A stretch of DNA of 64,000 nt from Marsupella aquatica (Eukaryota; Plantae; Marchantiophyta): NCBI GenBank assembly GCA_973895155.1, contig OZ316898.1, forward strand, positions 20,719,292 through 20,783,291. Direction: 5' to 3'. The position numbers and the translations under genes are program-made. Within the stretch, counting starts at the first letter, position 1; the number at the start of each line of letters is the position of its first letter. This document shows positions 1 through 12,510 of the stretch, piece after piece. Under the pieces are notes generated by a model, which was not told the origin of the DNA, ran no database searches, and worked only from the letters and a program-made list of their open reading frames with translations.

Positions 1-3000
1 CAGTGGAGTCTTTGACATGGGCAAACGGCAGGGGCAGGAGGATTCTCAGAGCCTGGAGTACGTTGATGGTGATTTTGTAGCCCTAATAGATGACACTGGC
101 GATAAAGCAGGCTATAACGAAGGCAACCACCACTTGCTGGAAGACTTGCAAAGTCCAAAATACTCCAAGCCTGAGTCTGTGAAGCAGTTAATTCACCTTT
201 CGCCTGCGAAAGAGGATGTGGGGTTTCTACGGAAAGATTTTTCTTTCCTAAAGTCCTCTTCGGACGAGGCTCACAAAGAAGACATTCATCTTTTTCATAA
301 GCAACAAAATGAGTTTGATGCTCGGTGTATGGAAAATCAACAATCGTCCTATGCAAGTGCCGATGCCGATAATTGCGAGCCCCAGTCTGTTCAATTTGAT
401 GAGAAACATCCTGAGGTGCTAGACCTCTCTCCTAACTCTGAAGATATCCGTGAGGTGCCGCCACCGAAGCCTGAGTTTCGAAGTGCGAGTACTTTGTGTG
501 CTGCATTGGAAGAACAGATCGCAGGGCTCATTCAGAAGATTGACAGTGCAATTGAGGAGTCCAGCAAGCCTTTCAGTGCCAGTCCCCAGGAAAGCTTGTT
601 ACTCAAGGACAAACGCTCAATACTTGAAACACAGCAAGACGAGTGTACGGGATCTGTGAGATCAAGTCAGGAGGAAGATTTGATAGACATGCTTTGGGCA
701 GAAGATGGAGAAACCAGCTCTCCAGAAGAATCAAGGGACCAAGACTTTTTGAATAGTAAAGATTGCAGCCAGAGGGAAACGAATGGTGTTGTAAGAAGTT
801 GTAGGTTGAGTGACAGGGGCCTGCCTACATCCGTCCTGGGTCAGACAAGCGATGGATATGATGCCGTGGTCAGGACTTCACGAAGTGATTTGGGAATTGA
901 GAAGCGGATGTTGGAGGGGTCATCCAAGAGAAGTGCCGTGCTACCTGTGGAACAGCTGGATGATCTTGTGCACCTGCATAGTCGAGAGCCAATGAAGAGC
1001 CCACTGAAAATTCCAGTGAAGAGCCCAATGAAGAGCCCAGTGAAGAACCCATTTCTATGGAGCAGAGAAATGAATGCCCACGAGTCACGTCCCGAAGCCC
1101 ATTTCTATTTGGACGCACATTCAAAAACTGACAAATCCAGTGGCCAGGCGAACCCTGATGGAGAGCTCCGGACTGCGCCTTCTGGACGGGAGCATGGTAG
1201 GGATACTCTGGAGGAGTCCAGCAGCAATCATGATGTTGTAGAAAGGACGACAGATTCTCAATTGCTTGCTGCTCTATACAAAGGTTGTGAGCGAAGTTGC
1301 GGTGACTCGGACACTGTGAAAAATTCTTCTGCAATTTTGGTCTCCCCAAAAGTTGAAGCTGGACCAGTTGCGAATGAAGTCTCCGTTCCAAAAGAAACTC
1401 TTGACACAGATGCTACACATTTAGAGGAACGAACTCGAGAAGCCGGAGAGAGTTTAGAATCTGCCAAGAGAGCTCTTCCCTTCGAAGATATGGCTCTGCA
1501 GGACGCTCCTCGTGAGGCAGACATGAGCAACGTCATGTCAAATGGAAATAGCTTGACTCTTGAGGCAAGTGACCAAGCTATTCAGGAACAGGCACACAAC
1601 AGGGACAGGGATGAATCCCCCATCCTTCTGACGTTGACTCGTTCCGAAGTAACTTCACAAGTCCTGAATGAAGTTCCAAATGAGGAGTGGTTGCACAGAA
1701 AGAGCATGCTTCCAAAGGAAGCTTCCAGTGGACCAGTTCGGTCTATGGATCATGTAACAGAGGAACCTCTGGTGGAACTCAAAGAGGAGCCACAAAGCTT
1801 CAAGGAGCCGGAAGGAGAAGTGATGGAGCGCAGTCCAAGTTCCACTCTGTCCTCTGAGCTCTTAGACCCAAAGCTGGAAAAGGAAGATGCTAGTAGCGAC
1901 AATGACAATTTGTTGCGCCATGCTGATATTGGATGTGCGCAAATGTCTGAGGAAGTAGATGTTCATCCGTTGCGGCTGTCTTCTCAAAATGAGTTGTCCC
2001 TAGTTCACACCAGCCTTGTTGCGGGATCTGCTGACGAACCAGAGAGTTCATCTCGGAGAGAAATCCAAGAGGGAAGGAACGTGATGTCGGACGGTGTGTC
2101 GAATGGTATCATATTGTCAAATCAGCTTTCTGAAAGTAATTCAGCTGTATATGGTGTGGAACGTTTGGAAACAAATGCAGATGCTGAAGTCAACGGGACG
2201 GACTTATCTACTGGACAAGAGTGGCAGCAAAGGAGTCCTCGAGGATATGTTGTTTCACCCCCTAAATCACAGATCTCACCACGTGGTGGTACCGGAACAT
2301 CCCATAGGTATGATGAACTTGTTTCCGAGGAAACTTCACCCAGTAAATCACAGGTTTCACCACGCGGTAGTCCTGGAAGACCTCGTACTTATGATGAAAA
2401 TCCTTCAGAGGCAGCAGCAGTTGTACAGGAAATTTGGATGTCACAAGTACGCCCTGACAGTCCTCCTCGTCCTTTTCCCAATGGATCTAGGGAGGACCCA
2501 CAGATGCAGAAGGGGCAATCAACTCAAAGACACGGAGATTCCTTCAAGGGGCAGCACATATCAGTAATCTCTGGGAATGCGGTCTCAAGAGCAGAGTCTC
2601 TTAGAATGGAAGCGAAAGATACAGGAGCGGAGCTAGGAAGACAGGATAGCTCCCTTTCCACAGGCATGGTCGGAAGGGAGAACGTGAGCAGTGAAGCACA
2701 TGTCCTTGATGTAATGAACCCGCAGGAAAGTCAGACCCACTTCAAGGAAGAAGAGTTTACTGAGAATCATCAAGAGGTTACCAGACTTAGTGTTATCAGG
2801 AGCCGCCGGGACCTTCCAGCTGTGAACCTCAAATCTCCGAGCCTGCGAGCTGCATCCAGCAAGGAGACGAAGGCACATCATGAAGACCTTGGAGTGTCTG
2901 CAAATGGAAACGGAGACCTGGGAGCAGAAGAAGACAAGGACAGCAGCGAGGGAAATCAATCAGTGAAAAGACTGCCAATCCATAAAGCAAAGTCAGTCCG

Positions 3001-3864
3001 GACAATTTCTCTAAGTCCTAAGTCTCGGACTCGATCTCCTTCCGAGGAACCTAGCTCTCCTGAAAGAGAAGTGTACACTCCACAAAAGTGCGATGCCTAC
3101 ACAAACATTAGAGTTATTTCACCAGAAAGTCTCCAATGGGATCATAACTCCCCTGGTAAGATGACATTTCATCTAGAGGTTTTGGTTTGTTGTTTTTTCG
3201 ATCATATGCTGCACACAATCCATAGCTGATTACTCGATTGAAGAAGGTTTGGGAACGACATCGAGTTAGAAGGGCTTTGTGGCTTGTATGTCAACGGACA
3301 GACGATATGTTTATCTGTGCATTTTCTTACCTGCCTAACGTGTTTTCTCCTTTTGTAGCAGTTGAGACACCCACCAAGACCAGAAGTTCACCGGCATCTC
3401 TTTCTAGGAACATGACTCTTGCAGAAGCAACAGATACAATTTTGTATTGCAGTTCACTAATGCATACAATAGTCTATAAAGCTGCAGCCTATGCAATTGA
3501 GAAGGAGGAACTTGCAGCGTTGGCATCAACTCCGATTTCGAGTGGAGAGGTTCCCCATTACCCAGGCTTATCTGCGGTTGTTGATACGGACGGAAATGAT
3601 CCTCAAGGGGGCGAAACAGGGAGCTGTAAATCACAAGTGCTGAACAATGGGCCACCTTCTGTTCGACGGGCCTTGTCCTACACAGGGCATCAAACAGTAC
3701 CATTGACACCTGCAGACACCTCCTTGCAAATTCCTGTCGATCAGGTGATAGAGAATGTACATGCTCCGGAGGATGCAGCACAAACTGCCAGCCCAGTCAA
3801 TCGGAAGGATGAGGTCATCCCTGTGAAGGTTTCAAAGGCAAAGTGTGGCTGCACAATCATGTGA
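1..3864 (+). CDS. 3' part of a large Ser/Glu/Pro-rich, probably disordered protein with At1g27850 (BPP7)-like C-terminal motif and CaaX prenylation box; exons <1..3155 and 3359(or 3362)..3864
   Basis: Frame is open from position 2 to a G|GTAAG donor (intron starts 3156). A tandem TAG/CAG acceptor at 3356-3361 joins in frame to ORF 3238..3864. The last exon has MTLAEATDTILYCSSLMHTIVYKAAAYAIEKE and ends KCGCTIM*, resembling (from memory) the LTLEEATDTILFCSS...KCNCxIM end of plant At1g27850-like proteins. The start probably lies upstream of the window. Confidence 0.75.
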
Positions 3865-4405
3865 AAGAGCCGCAGATTGGCAGTCCACTTATCAATTGGT
3901 TGACTGAGAAGATTTGTCCATATTCGTGTAAATGATAATGAGTTGTGGAGAAATTGTTAGGAATCCACCCCCTGGTAAAGTAGTAGAGAACGCTGTTAGG
4001 CTAACTTAACAAAAGTAGCAGAGGTATTTCTTAGGTAAATCCTTTCTTCCAGGTTCTGGATGGTGGGAGTCATTTTTCTGCAAATGTTGAAGTAACGAGG
4101 TGTGATTGTCTTAGTTGAAGGGAAAACGCAGAGACTGCCGGTCACCTATTTCCAAGGTCAACACCGTCACATTTGAATACTGTAGATGGAAGATATTACA
4201 AGAGAGATGCTCAACTTTAAAGGTGCCACTCCCCAGGACTGTCTGAGCATGTAACATCTTGCGAAAATCAATTATGTCACTAGAGTCCAGCTCTGAGAGC
4301 AATCAAAAGTTTTGGGATGAGCAACTTTTCGTTTAGGTTGTGGGGTGAATTTATCTTTCTTTGTCCCAGCCATGTAACATTTCTTGCGAAATCAATTCGG
4401 TACAT

Positions 4406-4550
4406 CCCAAAAGACACTAATCAATCATGAAAAATTCTCTCTCATGTCTGTCTCTTAGGATTTAAGCTTGATACCAATCCCCAAAGACAATAATCAATCA
4501 TGAAAAATTATCCCACATGTCTGTCTCTTAGGATTAAGCTTCATACCAAT
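4406..4550. repeat. ~73-bp direct tandem duplication
   Basis: ccaaagacaNtaatcaatcatgaaaaatt...catgtctgtctcttaggat(t)taagcttNataccaat occurs twice back to back. Confidence 0.8.
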
Positions 4551-7084
4551 TGTTGCTTGAAAAAAATTGAACAGTCACCAATATATTACATACAATCACT
4601 CCTAAGATAGAGATACATATTTCACCCATTTGGGTTACGATCACAAGAGAACAATTTCACTATGCTCTCCTAGTTTGGCTAGTCATCAGCTACTAGATGA
4701 CATGATCATTCTCTAGCTAGTTCTCAATAACACAATAATTTGCATAAAATCCTTGAAACACGTCATAACATCCCAATAAAATTTTAATAATTAAATTGAA
4801 TTTAGAAAGTAGCAAACTCCTAAATTAACTTGTGACTTGCCAAACTATGACAAATTATCCCTGGAGAATCACTAAACACGTTCAAAATCCAATTTTGATA
4901 AAAACTTATATTTTATACTTAGTAAGATATTTAATAATTTATCAAAGTTATATAATAAATAAACAAGTGTTTTCTAAATTAAATTAAATTATTAAAATTT
5001 TGGTTCTCTGGTGAACCAATGGTTTTGGGTGCTTTCTGGGTGCTATTTGTTTTTAAAGTTGTTTTTGGTAAATAGATTACATGGGACTTAAACAATTCTT
5101 TGATGTATTTTGCCAAAGATGTTTTGGAAATAATCACATCAAACGTGAGCATTTCTTTGGTGTTATTTTGTGAAAGGTTTTTTTAAAGAGGTGAAGTAGA
5201 GTATTCAGGCAATTTACACAATGCCACTTAAAAGACTTTCTATTCTTTAGCTTCGTACAGAAGGCATTAATTGAATTCACAAGGCATCAATTGAATTCAT
5301 AAAAATGAGCATAGAGCATGCACATAGTAACAAATGTAAAAGCAGTTTACCTTAAGAATTTGAATTCAATGTTGGTGAAGCAACCACAAAATTAGCTATC
5401 ACAATCATATTGCAATTCATGTTTCTATGTTTACTCAAAGTGACACTAAAAAACTCACACTCTATCGAACTCAAACTGAGAATTCACACTCTATGACCGC
5501 CAGACCAATCTGTAAAAACTATAAAGACATTGACAAGTTCAGCATGCGGCTTTGCTCCCTAATCCTGCTTATTTGTGTTCTGCAACATCACAGTTACCAA
5601 GACTTTAGTCTACATGGTACTAACAAAGAGACACATACTCACATACTTGGAATTCATCAGTCCAGTCCTGGTGAAGGAAATGTCTAATCACTTGTGAAAG
5701 GTGAAACATAGTTGAAGATAGGGTATGTGCATGGCTAACTAATAAGTAAAGATTGTCAGCGAATAAGTAAAGAGAGTAAATACTGTGTACTGTCTGTGCA
5801 TAAGTACTTCAAAATAAAAAATAAAATGAATAGAGGAGTGACAGTGTCTAAGTACTATGTATGTACTATATGTAAATATTTTCAAACAAAAACACACGGA
5901 AAATTACTTCCAAGGAGTACACCTGACTTCCTGACTTAGCTGTACGCTGTTAGAAATTTAAAAAAGTGGGAAAAATTTGGAAAAAAAAGGGACAAAAAAA
6001 AAATCAGACAGGTCATGAGGAAGAACTGTAGGGACAAGGGGACCCAGAAGTCTATTTCAAAAGTGAGGGGCTCCTCAGGGATACCTAGAGGGGCCCCATC
6101 AAGTCTTTTGCTATGCTACCGTCATTCAGGTTTAAGGACCTATGACAAGCCAGTTGGCTCTTCTGCTGAATTTTTACTGTAAAAAGGATATTGTATCTTA
6201 TAAAGTCAAAATTTATGAATTGTAGGCTCTGTCCATAGTTATGTAGTGCCTTTCCCTTTATTTCCAGTTGAGTTATTGTTAGCTGTTGAGTTATTGCTTG
6301 ACTCGCTTGTCTGTCCTACTTTCAAAATGAGAATCTAGTTGTGTTTGGATATAGTAAAGACTTTCATGACTTTTCTGTTTGTATATTTGAGTGCATTAAT
6401 TCTCCATAACACACCCCTTTTTTTTAGGAGAGTATTATACAAAACACCATAAATCTAGTAAAAGTAAAAATTAAATATAATTTTATCATAAAAATAATAA
6501 TTAAATTTAGTCAAGATCTCAAGATGATAACCAGATCTTATATGGTAATACTAACAAAATATCTTTGAATAGAATCTAATATACTTAAAGAATGTATTTT
6601 TTGGCCAATTTCATAGCAACCACTTTTTGGATGACACTTTATTTGAATTTACTATTTTAGGGATTCACTTTTTCTTGTTTGTTATTGAAAAGTCACTCAA
6701 ATTTTTACATATATTAATGTCCTAGTTAGGGGCATTATATTCCACAATGCTCTCTAACCAAGACATTATCCTATTCTTAAATTGGGCAACCAGACAAAGC
6801 TATAAATAAGGGCGATTTTGTAATGTGATATGATCACTTTGAAAAGTGGCGCGAATTGGTGGCCAGCAACAACACTGCTGCAACCTGTTTGGCGGCACTA
6901 TGAGTATTGGCATTCATAATTATGGGGCAGTGTAATTCTAAGGTTTTCTCTTTTGCGGGGAAGATCCTAATAATTTCTTTAGAATTTCCCACATTGCACT
7001 CAATGGGATGTTCTTTATCTGATTCCAGAATTCCAGAATTTCCCAGATTGCATTAATGCTCAGTCAAGATTGCACTAAATACAG

Positions 7085-7249
7085 AGAGGCATGACTTTGT
7101 GGTAGCTCACTTGAATTGAGACTCATAGATCTTGGGTTCAACTGTTGTGGCTGACACTTCCCAACTATTGTGGTTGACTCTTCTCTTTCTGTGGGGTTTC
7201 ACAGATTTCCCTTTAAAAAATTAAAAATTTTTAAAAAAAGAAAAAAAAA
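7085..7249 (+). mobile_element. tRNA-derived SINE with A-rich tail and target-site duplication
   Basis: A-box-like TGACTTTGTGG, B-box-like GGTTCAAC, A-rich 3' tail; flanked by attgcactaaat(a/g)cag at 7069-7084 and 7250-7265; second family member at about 9976-10086. Confidence 0.75.
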
Positions 7250-7887
7250 ATTGCACTAAATGCAGCAATGCAATCTGGGAAATTATATAAAGAAACTGGG
7301 ACATTCCAGAATTTCTTTCTCTGATTTTCCTCATTTGTTTTCTGACTGTTAGATCTCGACTAAGCTAGATTTTGGATCACCCACCTAATCACATCCCCAT
7401 TAACAAGAATCTAACAGTCATACCTTAAATCTAAGGAGATCTGACAGTCAGGAATATATTGGACATTTGGCAAACAAATAAAAACCTCAAAACATAAGCT
7501 GCCCACGTTATCTACACAGGGTGATGGGCATAATTTCATTTGTACAGTCACAGGTACGGTGCTTCGCTCCGTCAGAGAGATACCGTATTTTCCCGTAAGA
7601 TCCAACCCTGATGTTAGTCTCCAACTCTATCTGACTGACCTGGCTTTTTGTGGAAATTCCAGGCAGTCTACAGTAGCGAGAATTTTGCTTGATGGGGCCA
7701 AATCAGCCTTTTTTTAGGTGGCAAAATTTGGCTAGATTCCACTTTTGGTAAAACTTCGCCAGGCTCGTGGTCTTGGATTACTCAGTTTCCCATTCCCATT
7801 CACACCTAGCCACCGACCCAGAATCTTAGGGTTATCCTTAAATCTAGGGACATCTGACAATCAGAATTTAATTTGATTTTTAAAAAG

Positions 7888-8386
7888 CAGCTTTTTATTA
7901 ACCTGTCCCCAAAACTACCTTATATTACTAAAGTGCCCCCAAAACTAAATTAATTGTTAACCTGTCCCCCATTTTCTATCCAGTTTTATATTGCGGTCAG
8001 TATTAACTCGTATACTGGTTCTTGTTGCCATGTGACAGCTCACTATTGGCAAGCCTTGACCCACCACCACCACCTCAGCCCCTCTTCCCCTTCCCCATTG
8101 CCGGGCACAATTGCAGGTCTGGGAGGGGCAAACACCGTCATTTTTTGCTCCACACTCCCCTCACAAACCCAACACTTTTGGCCCTCATTTTTATTCAGGA
8201 AAATACAATAGATGAGGGGGGTGGCAGCAGATTAAGGCTAGCCAATACTAACTTGTCACATGGCAAGAGGAACCCATATACGAGTTAATACTGACCCAAG
8301 TAAAAAATGGGGGTCAGGTTCGTAATTAATTTTGTTTGAATGTTAGTAATATTGGGTACTTTGGGGGACAGGTTAGTAAAAAGTTG
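7888..8386. mobile_element. MITE with long (~170 bp) degenerate terminal inverted repeats (Mutator-like/foldback)
   Basis: Left cagctttttattaacctgtccccaaaactacc...ggtcagtattaactcgtata...ttgccatgtgaca pairs with right tgtcacatggcaa...tatacgagttaatactgacc...ggggacaggttagtaaaaagttg; no clean TSD seen. Confidence 0.7.
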
Positions 8387-8977
8387 TTAAAATATACAAT
8401 AGATGAGGGATGTTTTTAGTATCTTCTGCTTTGCACAAAGGTGACAGTTAGCCTCCTTGGAGCAAAAGAAAGAACCTAGATAATAACACCGGGTCAAATG
8501 CAATATCAATTCAGGCGGACTGTGAGTGGGAAACTCATTTTTTGCAACCTCTTGGGTCTCACTCTTAGATGTTGCCCCCTACTTTCCGTTTAGGTGATAA
8601 GAGAATGACCTCCTGCTTTTGAAGTGTCTAGTTTAGTATGTTCAAAGGGCTTTGGTTAACCCCACTTTGGGATGGGGATTTATTCAAAAGTTGGTCAACC
8701 TATCAAGCTTGAACTCCAAACTCCAAACCTATTGCATCAGGGGACCCAATAGAGAGCAATTAATGAGTTTCCTTGGAAGGCTATCTACTCTGAAAATGAA
8801 TCGATTGGGATCAGAATATACTTTGTTTCATATTAGTAGAAGCCAAGGAAAAACCCCCATCAAGTCATTTTCAATGTTGAATTCTCATCAAAGCAAAGTT
8901 TGGGTTACAACCCCATCCAGATGTTTTTTCCTAGTGGCAAACTGAAATGAATTCGTCTTGCCACTACCTTTGGAACA

Positions 8978-9190
8978 TAGAACTGACTTCGGAATAGCTT
9001 TCTTATTCACTCATCTCCTCTTTGGTGCAATGGTGCTGAATAATAAACTTTCTGAAGGAACTAACACCATACTAAAGTTCTAAAGCCAGAACTAACTTCA
9101 GAATAGCTTTCTCAGTCTCCTCTTTGTTTGGCAAGATGGTGCTAAACAATAAATTTTCTGAAGGAACTCACACCATATTAAAGTTCCTAA
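8978..9190. repeat. ~110-bp diverged tandem duplication
   Basis: gaatagctttct...ctcctctttg...tggtgct...tttctgaaggaactNacaccataNtaaagttc occurs twice. Confidence 0.65.
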
Positions 9191-9242
9191 GTCAAGAGTA
9201 AGCCAACTCTCCATTTTGTTTCCTTGCTAACATTCTCTAAGA

Positions 9243-9586
9243 TGTTAGATATTGCTCTAGTCTTGTGACTCATGAGCTAACCACAATTAGTCTAACTCGG
9301 GTTAGGACTTAGCTAATGTTAGCGGTAGTGTTGTTGTGTATTAAGCCAGGGCTGATGCCAGACTCTAGTGGAACTTAGGCTCATTGTTACGGAGCTAGTT
9401 GAGAGATAGGGAGAGCTTGTGCTGTGGATGCTTGGTATGGTCGGTCGGCCTAGAATGCAATAAAGCTCTTGTGTGTTCCCGTGGATGTAGCCTCATGTGG
9501 AGGTAAACCACATATCTCTTTGTGTTGACTCTTGTGCATTGGATGGTTCATGGGCTTGCAATTGCGAATGTCGTCTATGCTCAACA
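9243..9586 (+). mobile_element. Solo LTR (344 bp, probably Ty1/copia-type)
   Basis: TGTT...AACA termini; perfect 5-bp TSD TAAGA (9238-9242 and 9587-9591); internal ccgtggatgtagcc...aaccacatatctct motif typical of plant copia LTRs; homologs at 40521-40864 and about 31700-32265. Confidence 0.85.
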
Positions 9587-9975
9587 TAAGATACCCATAT
9601 CCTCATTTACTATTCTTGCACAGTATCACAAGAAAGATATCCTGTTGAAGGATTACTCGCACAGCAAGATCACAAGAGGATCATGACACAAAAACCAGAA
9701 TGTTTGGGAGAAACAAATGTTGGAAACATAAAATATGGTCACCAGGCCAAAGAATGGTCACAAGACGACTAAATTAATCTTCTTTTCTCCCTCCTTGGCT
9801 GAGTGTGAATCCTTCACCCTTGCTCATGTTTATCATCTTAGCTCCCTGTTTTTGCTGCATCTGGTCATAATATTATGGACAACCCTTGAATACAAGTTCC
9901 AATTGAAGATCCCACCGCAACTGCTTCACTTGGTGAATATTTTTGGTTATATAAAGTTAGTTATAAAGGGCCCAT

Positions 9976-10086
9976 AGAGGGATGACTGTGTGGTAGCTCC
10001 CTTGAACAGTGAATCATAGGTGGTTCAAATGTTGTGACTGACTATTCACTTTTTGTGGAGTTTCACAAATTCTCCTTTAAAAAAAC
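9976..10086 (+). mobile_element. Second copy of the 7085 SINE family
   Basis: agagggatgactgtgtggtagctcccttgaa...ggttcaaatgttgtgactgac...tttcacaaattctcctttaaaaaaa aligns with 7085-7220. Confidence 0.65.
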
Positions 10087-10483
10087 TATACTACTTAGTT
10101 ATACAGTTATACCGGAGTATCTAATTTGCCAGGTTGTTTTCCACCAGCATTACGACTTTAAATTTGGAAGTTTGTCGTGCGCATACATATCGCTACACAA
10201 CATACATCGCTTGTCACATACATCCAGACATAGTCACATTGCCACATCACAAACACAAGAGAATGGAATACAAGTGGAACTCATGTCCACACATGTCCAA
10301 AACCCACAATTGCTCCCCTAGCTGGGAGTAAGGTCCCCTAACTCTAGCTAGCCATGAGTTCTACAAGGTTGATATACACCTTTTTAGGTGTGAAGATCAG
10401 GAGGCCGGGTGCAAGTGAACCCCATCGATCACCTACCTGCAATCCATATCTGCCAAGAGAACACAAATGATAACTAGTCGGCT

Positions 10484-10624
10484 TCACCGACACTGAGGAC
10501 ACAACCATGATCCACTAGGAATCACCTGCAATGGTGGTGTCAAACATGACATGTGCCATCCTCTAGAACACTTATCACAAATCAACATAGTAGCTGCTCC
10601 CTGAGCAGATCCACACAACATACA
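10484..10624 (-). other. PHD finger (C4HC3) at the C-terminus of the retrotransposon integrase
   Basis: CMLC-x11-CDKC-x4-H-x2-C-x14-CPQC with CLTPPL..IPSGSWLC signature, followed by the terminal TGA. Confidence 0.9.
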
Positions 10625-10829
10625 TTTCAAGCCAGCACGAACATGTGCCAAGCTTGGATCTACTGTACCATCAATGTTGGGAAGGTGACATGGTGCACAG
10701 TTGCGCACATGATCCTTCCAAACCATACCATCGCGTCCCTCCAACATCAGGACACCAGAAGGCAACACTTCACGCACACGTAAGATTGTCCGGCCTGCGG
10801 TCACATCAAGTGTCGTGGGTGCCGTCTAC

Positions 10830-11740
10830 TGCAAATAAATATAATCACTAGGATGAAATCGCCGAATGCTTGCACGGTAACCTCCTCCACGAATAGTGGC
10901 ATACCTCAAAGTATCACGATGTTGGGCAATGGCAAGGTTGTCGAAAGCCATGGGCATCACTCGCTGAAATACCCGTGCTCTCTCTGAACACACCTTGACC
11001 CAAACATCAGGATCATCCAAGTTCACAACTGATGCAGCATCACGACGAATAGCTGCTGGCAAATTTGGCTCTCTACCATAGAGCAAAAAGTAAGGTGAGA
11101 AGGATGCAAGTGATGCTTGCCGACTGAAACGGTAGCCCATAGCTAACCAAGGTAGCTGGAGATCTCAATCTCCCAGATGACCAACCTACAAGCCATACTT
11201 ACGCAATCCTCTCTTCACAGTTTGCACAACTCTCTCAGCTAATCCATCTGCCTCAGGATGATCACGAGAGGTAGTACGATGATCAATCAGAGCTTGTTCA
11301 CACAAACTCTCAAACTCTCCACGGAACTCAATTCCTTGATCAGTCAACACCTCAGCTGGTGCTCCAAAATGACTAAGTACACGATCCAAAAATGTAGCAG
11401 CAACTCCTCCACTGGCTTTATCTGGCAACGCCACTAGCTCAATCCACTTGGAGAAGTGCTCCACCATGACCAAAACATACCGATTATGACGTTGGGTAAG
11501 AGGTAATGGACCAGCAAAATCCAAACTCCAACGATATCCCAAACCCATGATCGGCAACGGGTGCAACTGGGAAGTGGGAGCATTAAATGATGCTCTCACT
11601 CTATCACATACCACACACTTAGCTATCAACTGCTGGACATGAGTGTGCATACCACGCCACCAATATTGTGTCTGCAGCAAGCTGTAAGTGCGCTTTACAC
11701 CAAAGTGACCCAACTCCTCGTGCGCATGTCGCACCAAATG
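10830..11740 (-). pseudogene. Integrase domain (HHCC zinc-binding + DDE core)
   Basis: HAHEELGHFG...CVVC; SLDFAGP / VLTDQG / LAERVVQTVK; FSPYFLLYGREP; interrupted by in-frame stops. Confidence 0.92.
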
Positions 11741-12144
11741 TACTCTCTATGATGGTTTTGGGACCACCAACACTCTACCATCATGCAGTACTCTCAAAAG
11801 ATGGTTTCCCTCCCATCGAAACCTCTTGGCTCTCTGTAGAACCCTGTCACATTCCTTGGCATCAACACTGCCAACAATAGAAACCTAAACCCTGAACCAC
11901 TGCGCAGATATTCTAACACTCTCACATCATTGTGAATATCTTGCTGTCCAGTAGTTACCTCACTAACATCCACATCTGAAGACTCATCATCCACTCCATC
12001 CAATGAGGTAGAGTCCACAGATCCACTGTATGCTGGCACCCAACAAAGAAAGGCAGATGCATGCCATCCTGGCACCATCTCCTTATCTGACTCATCATGC
12101 CATCTGGCTCCAGTCTCATCTTGCTGACTGGTACATGGATTGCG

Positions 12145-12510
12145 GCTTAATCCATCTGCATCCAAGTTCACTTTTCCAGGCCTATGCACCACCTGGAAAT
12201 CATACTCCTGTAACAACAATGCCCATCGTGCAAGCTTCCCTGTAAGCTTGTCAGACTCCATTAACCACTTAAGAGGCTGATGATCAGTGATCAAGGTGAC
12301 GGGGTTACCAAACAAGTAGCAACGAAAGTGTGCAACAGCCCACACTGCTGCCAAACACTCTCCCTCATAAGAGCTATACTTAGCCTCTGCTGAATTGTTT
12401 GATCTACTGGCATAAGCCACAACAAACAAATTCCCTCATCATCCTTCTGAGTTAGCACTGCTCCAAGTCCTACTCCACTCAAATCAGTGTGTAGCTGAAA
12501 TGGTCTGCCT
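12145..12510 (-). pseudogene. RNase H domain
   Basis: FQLHTD.SGVGLGAVL, VAYASR, YSSYEGECLAAVWAV, TDHQPL, ARWALLLQEYDF, DADGLSR; frameshift near 12430. Confidence 0.92.

Noticed and set aside
450-2959. Alternate-frame and antisense ORFs within the first gene
   Set aside because: They are shadows of the long real exon
10212-10218. TGTCACA as the left terminus of copy 1
   Set aside because: Flanks (tcgct versus agttg) give no TSD and the adjacent sequence does not match the 5' LTR
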